NCBI GenBank assembly: GCA_023645945.1
Contig: JALAIB010000029.1
Span: 1 to 45,613 of the forward strand
Source of the DNA: Diploschistes diacapsis
Lineage: Eukaryota
Direction: 5' to 3'
Length of the DNA: 45,613 bases
In this document: positions 1-10,470 of the stretch, in pieces
How positions within the stretch are numbered: position 1 is the first letter of the stretch
How the letters are laid out: the number at the start of each line of letters is the position of its first letter
Translations under genes and position numbers: made by a program
Notes under the pieces: model-generated
Seen by the model: only the letters and a program-made list of their open reading frames with translations
Database searches by the model: none
What the model was told of the DNA's origin: nothing

Positions 1-10
1 TCGAGAAGGG

Positions 11-76
11 TGTCCGCTCGCTATGAATGTCCGCTCGCTATGAATGTCCGCTCGCTATGAATGTCCGCTCGCTATG
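11..76 (+). repeat. 17-bp tandem repeat TGTCCGCTCGCTATGAA, ~3.9 perfect copies
   Basis: Units at 11-27, 28-44, 45-61 and a partial unit at 62-76. Confidence 0.97.
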
Positions 77-87
77 CATATACGTTA
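11..87. mobile_element. Terminal inverted repeat (one end) of a Fot1/pogo-like Tc1/mariner DNA transposon; the element body lies left of the window
   Basis: Read on the minus strand: TA (86-87, putative target site) + ACGTATATGCATAGCGAGCGGAC ATTCATAGCGAGCGGAC... An ACGT terminus next to TA, with internal direct repeats, is typical of Fot1-like TIRs. Confidence 0.65.
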
Positions 88-205
88 TTTATGTTCTGAT
101 GTATTTACTTTTATAAATATTTTTAATTAAAACTCGGGATTAATTTACATTTATTATTTTTATTACTTTAGGGCCTTCTTCCAAAAGACAGTCTTAGACC
201 TATGA

Positions 206-250
206 TTCTTCTTCTTCTTCTTCTTCTTCTTCTTCTTCTTCTTCTTCTTC
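206..250 (+). repeat. (TTC)15 microsatellite
   Basis: Seen directly in the sequence. Confidence 0.95.
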
Positions 251-419
251 CTCCTACCTACAATCTTCTTCAAACGAGACCAAACTTACCTTGATCAATA
301 CCTCGTGTCTACCTTGTAGAGATAGAGATCATAACAATTAGACGCGAAGTTCCTGAAAACGTTTCAAAAACGAGCGTAAAATTTTTAACGCGGCGCCGTC
401 GGTTCTCTTGCTTAAAAGA

Positions 420-780
420 AAGCTATTTTAAATTATATTTAATTTTAAATATTTCTTAAGAAGCGTTTTGCCTAATAACGGCTTAACTAACGTTAATTAT
501 TCGGTTCGGAAATATTCCAGATTTTCGTCGTTAAGTTTTTAAGTATTACGATAAAAATAAAGAATCTTCCGGCCTATAAACGTTCTATATATCTCGCGAG
601 GACATTCTCTTGTTTAATAATCAAAAACTACTGCGATTAATAGTTAATAAACCTTCTAAGGCGGTTATTAAGCTTATCGAGAAAAAAGAAGAAAGGAACG
701 CCGTTACGCCGAGCGATTTCACGGAACGACAGCGAAAGGGATTAAGTTTTCGCTTCGATAAGAATATTTTTCATCATCGA
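420..780 (-). pseudogene. RIP-mutated pogo/Fot1-family transposase N-terminus (psq-type HTH plus CENP-B/Tc5 HTH)
   Basis: Minus-strand translation: ...LSFREIARRNGVPFFFFLDKLNNR...SQ*FLIIKQENVLARYIERL*AG...LSRY*AKRFL. This matches the pogo pattern 'S.R.IAR..GVP.STL..RL / L...QE..L / G..W..RFL'. All stops are TAA/TAG and the region is very AT-rich. Confidence 0.75.
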
Positions 781-877
781 GAATATCTAGATTTAAATTA
801 ATAAAAAATAAAAAAATATATGGAACTTATAATGAATGAAAAAGGGAAGGACATTGTGGGTGTAAAAAGCGCTTATA

Positions 878-924
878 GATGATCGGTTATTAGGGTCCGC
901 TCGGTTACTAGGGGCAACACTCTA
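878..924 (-). mobile_element. Probable 5' terminal inverted repeat of the RIP-mutated pogo element
   Basis: Minus strand: TA + GAGTGTTGCCCCTAGTAACCGAGCGGACCCTAATAACCGATC, with the internal direct repeat CCCTARTAACCGA twice. It lies ~100 bp upstream of the transposase remnant, where the AT-rich tract ends. Confidence 0.55.
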
Positions 925-1141
925 GCATAAAACTCCATGGCAAAAACTTGAACGCTGCAACAACTGCTAACAGTCAACTGCAAAGCCGCTTTCCTACGTC
1001 AACACTGACTTCGTAACCGACTCTAGTCAATGCCTCCTACGCTTTTCAGGCCGGAAGACTCGAACACAGGCTTTCCTGCAATGGCCAGCATGTAAGTTTG
1101 CTCCAGTTAACTTGGACCTTCAATCTTAGGATCCTACTATC

Positions 1142-2996
1142 ATGGCATCTTCCCGACGCCCCCTCGAGCGGAGGCCAGTACGTTGGGAAGGCAAAGAGTT
1201 CACATTACCAGGCTTGCCCAGTATGCACGAGGCTTTCAACCTCCGCCCGCTTGAACTAGAGGAAAGGTTCATGGCCTACAAAGAGAACAGACTGCCTGTC
1301 GTAAGCGAAAAGATCAAGAGCTGTCTTTGCTCCATGCTTGTACATTATCTGCAGATAGCGGAGCGGGAGCTCGGCCTACACCCAAAAGAACGACAGAAAA
1401 TCCTGGACAGGTTCAAGAGTTCACGCGACTGGAGCAACATCTTGCACCATTCTGGCTCAAAAGCTCCACCTAGCAAGCAACCCCTTTCACCTACCCAGCC
1501 TTCTGAGGATCGTGCCATTCAAGCTCATGCTCCTCCGACTCAAGTTCCTCCGCTAAATGCTCCCAAAGGTCCAGCCACTTCACGGGATCAGAAATTCGTG
1601 CCTGGGAATAGGCCCACTGAAGGTGCTCTACCGCAACGGCCGATGTCAAGTTCGGTCAATACGTAAGTTACTTTCGTTCGATGCTGTCCCGAGGCCGTAT
1701 GCAGAGAGTCCAGAAGAATGCCAATAACCCGTGTGCCAGGCCCAATGACGGCGTCCGTAAGGAGATATCGCATGCTCAGAAGCCTCCACCGAGGGAGAAT
1801 GCTTCTAAATTTTGGAAGATGCCTGCTACTCCGTCATGGAGTCTTGCTGAAATGACTTTCAAGAAATTCGTGGATATCTTCACGCAAGCCAACGATATCG
1901 ACCCTTCCAGGGGCTACGCACCCTGGGAGACGATGCTAGGAGTGTTCCTGGATTATGTGAAGCACGGATGGCCATCTGTAGCAGAGAGAATTCTGCTGAG
2001 CCAGGTTTCATATGCCGTCTGGCATTCGCAACTTCGGGACCAGATCCCCGCGTCAGCGCTGGATAAGTTTCAGCGTCGACTGGATCAGGAAAAGAGTGGG
2101 CTACGGGTTGGGTTTGCTGCGAGGATTACGGACGGTAGGCAGCAGCAGCGTGCTGGAGAAGCCTCACGTGCAGAAGGCGGTAATAAGACAGACATCAGAA
2201 AGAGGAGCCGTGAGGATAACAGTGGGCCCATCTCACCACCTGCAAAGCAAATAAAACTTGAGGTAAGAGCAATTTTCTTGAGGGTTTGGTGATTGGCTTA
2301 TCAGGTTTGCAGCCAGAAGAACATCCAGCAGGCTTCGCTAACAAGGCATCGACCACGAATATGGAGGGCAATTCGTCGCCCTCCAGGCAACTGAGGAATG
2401 CTCCGATGCTGCCAGCAGTGGTGGAAAGCGATACAGGCCTGAGCAATGGCATTCACCTTGGACCATCACGCGGTCAAGGTGCAGTGAACCCAACCCTTGG
2501 GCCTACCAAGAGTGGCGGCGAAGCCGGCGCCACTCAGTTGTTAAAAGAGGGGGTCAGAAGCACGCCAGCGCCGTCGCCTGCGCCTTCGGCAACGGCCTGG
2601 CTACAGGCGAACATACCGCTTGATAATCAAAACTCGCACTCAGATGTGCGAGCTCCGATGGAAGTCATCATAAAGGGGCCAGCTCTGCCACCAATTGCTT
2701 CGGGAGACTCGACGTTAACTCCGGGCATGGGAATATTTCCGACACCCATATTAGGGTCTCAGGCACAAGCAGCCAGCGTCGACCGAAACGCGACAACAAA
2801 GTCAATAGTGAAGTTAGACATCATCCTGAACGGAGCACTGGAGGACCTGGAGGCCATGGTCGCAGAGGCCAGAGAGCCTGCGACGTCCGAGGCCCTTACC
2901 ATGGATCAGCAGCACACCGTCGGCAAGGTGATATGGAGTTTTAAGAGTGCCTTTAAGGAGCTAGGGGCCTTGCAAAGCGCTTTGGAGCGCGGATAA
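1142..2996 (+). CDS. Hypothetical multi-exon protein, low complexity, no recognisable domain
   Basis: Three consecutive plus-strand ORFs (1142-1666, 1681-2292, 2286-2996). Donors GTAAGT at 1663 and GTAAGA at 2263; intron 2263-2312 joins the frames correctly. The first junction and the start codon are uncertain. Confidence 0.45.
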
Positions 2997-4188
2997 CATA
3001 GGATGCGGCCTACGAAGATTTCATCAACTTGTGCCCCTTTGCGTGTTTACGCACGGGACCGTGTCAAGAAAGCTTCCAAAGGGAGGGGCTCCTCTCTGGT
3101 ATATTTCTCAATCTTGAGGTACAGAGGCATCGGCACGCGGAATATAGAAGGTGATGTCAGTGCGGGCGCTCCGGTGAAAAGCGTGAGCCACGAACCCCTT
3201 TTACAACAATTTGGGGCATCGTGGGCTAGGGAACAGAACTTTCTCGGATCAATTCTGAGCATGTGGATCATGAAGCTTTCGGAACATTGGGGAGAGAGGG
3301 GCCAGCTGGGGGTAAGGCCATCTCGAATGCTGCAGCTGTGTGCAAGTTGTGCAACATCTGTCTCCGAGGAGGAAATTAGGTAAGCACCATGGGAAAGCCA
3401 TTGGCTTTGATGAACGGGTAGCCTTTTAAAGAAGTCGGAAGTATGCAAGTATCTGAGGACGAAACACTCGAGCTATCTCGATGGCTTGCGAGAGCTTCTA
3501 CTGCTGATTTTGGCGTTGAAACCCTTTGGAAAAGGAAAGAAGAGTTGTTTGGGCCAGGCACGATAATATCAGACGGGGCCGTTGGCACTACTTCGAGTAT
3601 GTTTGGGAGTTTTTATTTTACCTGTCGTTCCGGGCTTGCTTGTTCCGGCGTTATAACCTGGTTACTTCAGCGATCGTCGCTCGGGAAGACAGGTCAGAGC
3701 GCTTGAGCAAGCAGAGCCGGCAGGACGGGTTAAAATAAACCTACGCGAATGAATTCGAGATGGTGCTGATAGGCTGAAGAAGTTAAAGGCTGGCTTGAGT
3801 GCCAGTTTTATCGAGTTTCGCCATCCTTTTACAAACAGAATCCAGCTACAATGGCAACCCATGGCTATGTATACACCCTAGTGTCCTTGCTTTTTTGTGT
3901 CGAGATTAACACTCGTGCATTTTATAGAATCCTCCATTAACAAGTCCTGCTCTTTTTGGGCGCTACTTGGCCCATGTATCCCCTCCCCCTTTTTTCCAAC
4001 TCAAGGGCAGGAGGACAAAGGACCGCTTCATACCCGCCCTGTACCTTTTCTGCCAACAAAAATGCCGTTGCTGGCAATATCATCCAGCAAATCCCCGACT
4101 CTCGACCTACAAGCAAAGTACCTTTGCTGCTCACCCCACTGGCATATAAACTTCAACCCTCGCGCAACCCACACAGGGACGGGTAGTT

Positions 4189-4410
4189 CATATATATATA
4201 TATATATACATATACATATTACATATATCAATGCGATCGCGGGGGACTCGATCTGCCCCAACAAGAAATCTTCAACGAGGGGGGGATACGTGCGCCTGAG
4301 AGAACTTCTTTCTTTCTGGGACGAGGCAAGCGGGGGGGCGTGGTGGATCCGTGCTGTATGAGAGATATATGTTTATATAATATATGTATGTGCGTGTGTG
4401 TGTGTGCGCG
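4189..4410. repeat. (TA)n and (TG)n dinucleotide microsatellite tracts
   Basis: TATATA... at ~4190-4228 and TGTG... at ~4385-4406. Confidence 0.85.
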
Positions 4411-4780
4411 CGGATCCGCTGTGATAGAGGGCCCACAAGGGCCCGCTTGAGAGTTGTGGAAGGGTGCTTGAGAGCGTGAAGTAGCTTTTCGAGCCTTCCT
4501 TTGCAATGCTGTGCATGCACAAGCCGTCACCACCGAGGAGCTCACACCCCTGCTTCGCACCCACCCAAGCGGAACTGCGAGAGGCAAAAAGATGTTTGGC
4601 AGGGCAAGAAGCGCCTGAAGCTGTCCCGAGTAACGGCAGATTATTATTATAGTCTATCAACGTACAAAGGCATATATGTTTATGTTTATGTTTATGTGCA
4701 TATATTTATACGTACAGAGTTATCCAACCCTCAATGAGCCCAAACAGAGCATCTTCCGCCGGTACCACCCCGATTCCAGC

Positions 4781-6406
4781 TCACAGCAGCTGCGGCAGCA
4801 TCGCCTGGAACACGAGCGCCTGCGTGCTGACGTTGTACCCGCTGCTGTCCTTGTAGGGATAGCTCCCAAAGTCCATGTGCCCGTCCTGCGTGATGAAGTC
4901 GTTGTCGCTGAAACTGAAGATGAAGACCTCGCCGCTCGTGAAGCTCGCGCCCGGGCTAGGGTTGACGGGCGCGAGCGCAATGCTCTCCCACTTCTCGTTC
5001 AGCAGCCCGCTGTCTTCCTTGCCGCCGTTGTGCAGCCCGAACCGCCCGAGCTGCGAATTGACGTTGAAGTCGAGGAACGAGCAGTACGTGGCCGGCGTGA
5101 TGCCGTCTGCCAGCACGCCCGCGGAAGAGGCGATGGAGCCGTTGACGGTGTCGGCCAAGGTGCCCTTCACGTCCGTTGCGCCGGCGATGTCGAAAACGTC
5201 GATGTGCCGGTAGAGCGACTGGGTGTCGGACTCGCCTTGCCCGTAGCCCTTGCCTGAGTCGCGGGCGAGAACGAGAAACTGTGAGCTGGAGAGTGCGTGG
5301 ATCTCGCTCTGCGCGGCGACTTTGGTATTTCCCTTGCCGGACGTGTAGAGCGGCAGAGGTACGACGTGTTCGGAGAGGTAGACGGGGCTGCTGGCGTCGC
5401 TGATGTCGTACTGAAGGAAACGGGCATAGCGCCGGGTAGAGCCTGAAGCGCCGCCTTCTTGGTCGAGCGCGCTCTGGATGAGGACGTTGAGGGTCTTGCC
5501 GTCGGGGGAGAGCGAGAGACCTTCAAATCCTTTGTTGTTGGCGCGGCCAGCAGACGGGTCCGCGGGGACGATGACCTCGTTGGGGTCGTAGATGGGGGGA
5601 GAGTCAGCAGAGAAGCTGATGCTTCCGTTGCGGTGGGGAATGAAGGCTTCTGGTGGTGCAATGGCGGAGATCATCGCGCCAGCTGGTCCGAAGTGGTAGA
5701 TGTACGGCCCGTACTCATCACTCACCCAGAAGGAGCCGTCCGATGCCAGGACCAGGCCTTCGGTGTCGAGGGAGACGCGTGATCCTCCAGGCCCACTGCC
5801 TCCAAAACCATCTCCGTCATAGTTAGCGAGTGGCAAGGGAGGAAATCCGGCAGAGGTTTGGTAGCCCACAGCATCAGCATCGAGTCCTGTACCTGGGACA
5901 TTGCCGGGTCCGCTAAAGAGGATCGAATCCACATAGCGGATGTCCAGGTTGGGCGACGCAGGCCTTTTAAGGGAAGCTGAAGGCTGAGGATGCAGGGTGA
6001 TGGCAAATTTGTGAATGCGGCTTTGGTAGTTTAGTGTACCCTCGGTGTTCCTTGGCCGCCAATTAGCTTTGCCGTGCAGGGGAAGCTACATGAAGTAATA
6101 CCAGCCTCTATCAGGAATCGCCCATATTGTGCCGGTATAACTCCCATTACTACTTTTCGCCCACGTGTTGGGGTCTATAGCAACCGAGCTTCCATATCCA
6201 CCCAAGGTATCGCCAAATTTGTCCCTCGCGTTAGATGGCACAGAGCCGTAGCCCGCAAGCGCATTGTAGGTATAGGTGTTTCCATTGCAGGTGGTTTGGT
6301 TCACGAAGCTGGAGTTCGACTGTCTAGAGTACGGGCTCTGGAGTGGTGATGCTAGTGCGCCAGTAGTCGCAGCCGCCAGTAACCAAGAGCCTTTGAAGAA
6401 ATGCAT
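4781..6406 (-). CDS. Secreted phytase-like esterase ('esterase-like activity of phytase' family); 2 exons
   Basis: Signal peptide MHFFKGSWLLAAATTGALA. Motifs DKFGDTLGG.GS, PDRGWNTEGT, LDTEGL, FWVSDEYGPYIY, NKGFEGL, EKWES, SDNDF. Intron 6051-6101 (GTATTA...GCTAAT...AAG). Confidence 0.9.
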
Positions 6407-7450
6407 CGTGAAGGAAGGGAAGGCAACAACGAGCTAGCCCAACCATTTGGAAGGCGAAATAGAACAGACCTTTATACAAGCAATTCAAACGCAGGACTAA
6501 GGAATTGAACTAGATCGAACAGTCCGCCTACCTTCTGTTTTGAGAGAACCTGATGTAGTATTTCCCGTAGATTGCCTTCCTGAAATGCTACGGCGGAATG
6601 TATCCTCTTCCCGGACCCGAACCCGGCGGGGAGCACTTTCCATATTAAAGCGAGAAGATCTGTCCGGAGTGCAGTCAAGGAGAGAAACATGCCCGTTCCT
6701 GCAGAAGCACGATGCTCCGGACATGCGGTGACCTAGCATTTGATTGTTGTATGAAGAACTGGGAACCAGTTGTTTGAGCATGTGGATGAAAGGGACGGAG
6801 GAGGAGGAGGAAGAGGAAGAAGAAGGAAAAGGTCCCGCTCGCCCTTCGCCTAAGCAGAAGCGCTAATGAGACTTGGACCGAGATGCTTAACTTCTTCCAC
6901 TTCGATTAATGCTGACTGAGTGTCTATTCTCATAAGTACCTTTCGCTGTGGATGTGGGCATTCATCGGTAAAGCGATGACAGATGGGATGGCAGAACGAG
7001 CGCCCACAGCCTATTCGATGACCGCAAAATTTGAAGCCATCGGGTATGATGACTATGATACTAAAGGGAGAAGGACGGCCACTAGCATATTTGCTAAAGT
7101 TACCACAATAAATCAACATTAACCACACCCTTAATGTGTTACCGCATGCAGATTCGAGACAGAGCCGACTGCGACCCAGCGCGGTCGGAGAATAAGCTAG
7201 ATATACACGGTTGGTAGATCCCTCAGGCCCGCAGCTTGCGAAAGGCAAGCCCAAGGTGCAAATCGCAATGGGTATCTGATCAAATATGGCCACCATCTTC
7301 AAAGGCCGTAAATCATGGACGCCGTGCTGCAAATCGACTGAAACCATCCCAATGGCGCCCCATTACCCAAAAACTCCTGTACCTTATCGGCTCGACCCTG
7401 CTGAGCCAGACTCTTCCACCGTGTTCCTCGAGTGAGAAAACGAAAGCGCC

Positions 7451-9052
7451 TCATTTGTCCTGTCCAACCATCAAAACTACTTCGCCTCTTTCGTTCCGCT
7501 TCAATCGCAGGCTCTTGAACAACTCTTTTTCCTCCTCCTGCTTTCCCAGACCGTGTTCTCCCCTCTCTCGATGATATCGTTTGAGTGCCTTGTTCAGGCT
7601 GTAGCCGCTTTCCGACTCGGGACCCTTTGTCACGAAGCTGAGGAACATCTCTGCCCGATGCTGGTAGACAATGAGCTGGTTTGCGTCGCTGGCATTTGGC
7701 GAGGTAGTTCTATGGTATTCGATTGTCTTCATTGGACGCCTGGAGCGCTCTGGATCCTCTTGCTCCCTATGCGTGTGCGAGCGGTGATGCTTGCGGGGCC
7801 GCGACTCATCACTGGATCGTCGAACTTTGCGAACCTTGACAAGTTGCCCGTTGGCGGCCCTTCCGCGTCGTTCGACCGTGGCCCCGCCCAAAGCCGCCCT
7901 CTTACGCTTTGCTGGACTGAGCGGGGAAGGCTCGGGTCCAGACCCTGCCGAGTATTCTGGTGACGGAGGGAACTTTGACGTGTTCATGAGCCGATTCAGT
8001 CCCCCTGTCAAGCCGGTGTGTAGCAAAGGTCGACCCTGCTCGCCGACGTCCGGCATCTCCTCATCCAACTCCTGGCTGGACCGGCGGGCCTGGGTGAGAT
8101 CAAGGTCTTCGACCTGTCGCTTGCGCTTCTTGTCGGTAGATAATGACTTCCCTTCAGCTTCATATGTTACTATCTTTTGCGCTGGTGTTCGGAACATTTC
8201 GCGCTCCTTTGTTGGCACAGGCTTTGTGCTGTATTCGTAGTCAACATGCTCTTGCTCTTCTAACTCCTCCTCGTCTTCTTCCTCTTCCTCCCACTCGGGT
8301 TCTCTTTCCGTGTCATGCGGAGAATTAGTGGAGGATTTGAAGATTGGTGGAGCATGAGCGACCATTTGCATCTGTTCGCTCGGGGCACTCAGGGAAACTC
8401 GCGATGCATTGGGGGTTTCATCGTTCACGAGAAAGTCAAAAACGTTGACCGGCGGTGCGGAAGGAGGAGGGCTCGGGGCTCGGGGCGGAGCAGACACTAA
8501 CGCGACTGCGTTATCGTAGTGCTCTGGTACATCTTCTACATATGCATGGTTGGAGACCTGTGCCTGCTCATTGATAACCACCGACTTCTTTTTGGAGGGT
8601 TTTGCCTTGTACAAAGCCCCTTCGTACTTTTGCGCTTCAGAAATGCAGGTCTAGAGAATGAATCAGTTTTACCCAATGGGTCGAGTTAACGGGCCAGCGC
8701 TGTGTAGGAGACAATGCGATGCTGCAAGATAGCTGGGGTGCACAAGACGACTCGAGGCGTAACGTACGGTATGTGCTCTGTAATCTGTTCCATGAAAGTG
8801 CTTCATGCAATCCAAACAGCTGAATGTAGCGCCTCTGCACTGGTTTCGATGGCCATCCAGCTTCTTTTTGTTGAGAACATCGCCGCAATTCTGGACAATG
8901 ACCTCCATGTTAGCCTATGCAGCAATGATCCCGACAATACAATGGCTTTGCTCAGCGTATCAACATGGCAAAAGTTCACAAGCGTGATCGCGAGAACAGT
9001 AGAGAGCGCAAAATGGACGCTGGGAAGGTACTTCGCAAGAGAAAGAGACCAT
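7451..9052 (-). CDS. LYAR: LYAR-type C2HC zinc-finger protein (cell growth-regulating nucleolar protein); 3 exons
   Basis: Spliced N-terminus MVSFSCE|NCGDVLNKKKLDGHRNQCRGATFSCLDCMKHFHGTDYRAHT|TCISEAQKYEG. Exons 9052-9032, 8890-8768, 8650-7451. Confidence 0.92.
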
Positions 9053-10470
9053 GGCGGGCGACAGCGGTTGAAGTCGCAACCTAAGTCGGAGCTGTTGGGC
9101 CACGAGCGGCGCGGATTGGCGGCGATGAGGGTTGGTTCGAGGTTTCCAATGGCATCGATATAGTGCAGCAAATCCAGTGTAGACGGGTACGGTCGAATGA
9201 AGAGAGCAGAGCAAGAACGGATCGGTCGCAGTAGGCCAGAGGCGGTAGCGCGTACAGCGAAGGTTTCGGGCAGGGGGCAGAAGGAGGCAGTTGGGACGCT
9301 AAACGTCAGCAGTAGAGGGCTTTTGATTTGGTCGTTTAGTTTATTTTTGGGAGCGTCGTATCCATCCTACTTTGAGAATAGGAGGCTTTCAGGCGTTCTG
9401 TTCTACGTCGTTTGTTAATCAGACAGACGATTGTGAACTTTGAAGGGGGAGAGGAAGGAGATGAGCAAGGGGGAGAGGTTATCCTACCTAGGGATCAATG
9501 GTGGGATACTGGGGAATCCGTATGGGTTGTTGGTTGGTTGACGGTTGACGGAGAGATGGGCCTTCGCTTAAACAAAGTCAAGATCCGGGACTAAAGTCTA
9601 AAGTCCGGGCTGTTGTTTTGGCTGTGTGGGCTTGGAGTGCTCCAGAGATGCTTTTTGTAACTATATGATACCTGTTTCGTATCAGTTCCATGTGTTCAAG
9701 ATCAACTTGGTCTAGTACCCTGTAGTAGGAGATATATTCAAGAGCAATCGGATTCAAAGACTTCAGGAGATCACCTCGAATATCTTTAATCGTTTCGTGG
9801 GCCGTTCATGCAGCGCATGACCATGCCACGCGAGTCGCTCTGCGCAGCTACTAGCTACTAGACCGACCTCTTCTCTCTACTTGGTCTGTTCTACCGCTAC
9901 ATCATCTGGACATTCTTTCTTTTTAATCTTCATCTCTACGGGCACTGGCATGAATGAGCGGTAAGCACGCATGAGCTCCCGGTCCACCCAGTTCAGCTTG
10001 GATGAGCTCCTCCTACTGGTGCCATCCTGTCCTGCTTCTTTCCTGTCCCGAAATACGAACACTGGATATTAGTAAGAAACGCTTGAGTGACTGTCTACTA
10101 TGTACTTGAAGCCCATGATGTAGACACAATTTGATTGACTGGATCCTAACGACAAAATGATGGCGTGCACGCCTACTCCGGAGATGTGCCATCCCCTTTT
10201 CAATTGTATTGAACGCCTGCACGACAACGTGGGGAAGGGTATCTTTGTTGGAGGAAAAGCCCGACGCCACCCAGCCCCTTGCCAGCCATTAGAATCCGTA
10301 TCCGTCAAACAATCCTCTCTTGCGCCCCTCGTAACCTTCCCTGTGTGCTTCTCCAAAACCCGCGGCATGCACAACGCCGAAGGAAAAGAAATGCAGATCC
10401 TTCCCCATCACTGCCCTCTGAATATTGGGCCCAGTTGCCTGATCATCCGCAACGTTCTCACACCTACGCT

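Noticed and set aside
11..76. Tandem 17-bp repeats as a CRISPR array or telomere
   Set aside because: No spacers, eukaryotic context and not TTAGGG-like; better explained as TIR-internal repeats.
610..801. 63-aa plus-strand ORF
   Set aside because: Antisense to the RIP-mutated transposase remnant.
3003..3880. Several short overlapping ORFs with a possible GTATGT donor near 3597
   Set aside because: No consistent spliced frame or recognisable domain could be built.
4676..5257. 193-aa plus-strand ORF
   Set aside because: Antisense shadow of the GC3-rich part of the phytase-like gene.
6850..7347. 165-aa minus-strand ORF
   Set aside because: No motif and an atypical composition; lies in the LYAR downstream / phytase upstream region.
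9877..10374. Short minus-strand ORFs with an intron-like segment; WVDRELMRAYRSF faintly recalls the PARG 'REL.KAY' motif
   Set aside because: No other PARG motifs (QEEI, WGCGAF) are present and the frames do not join.
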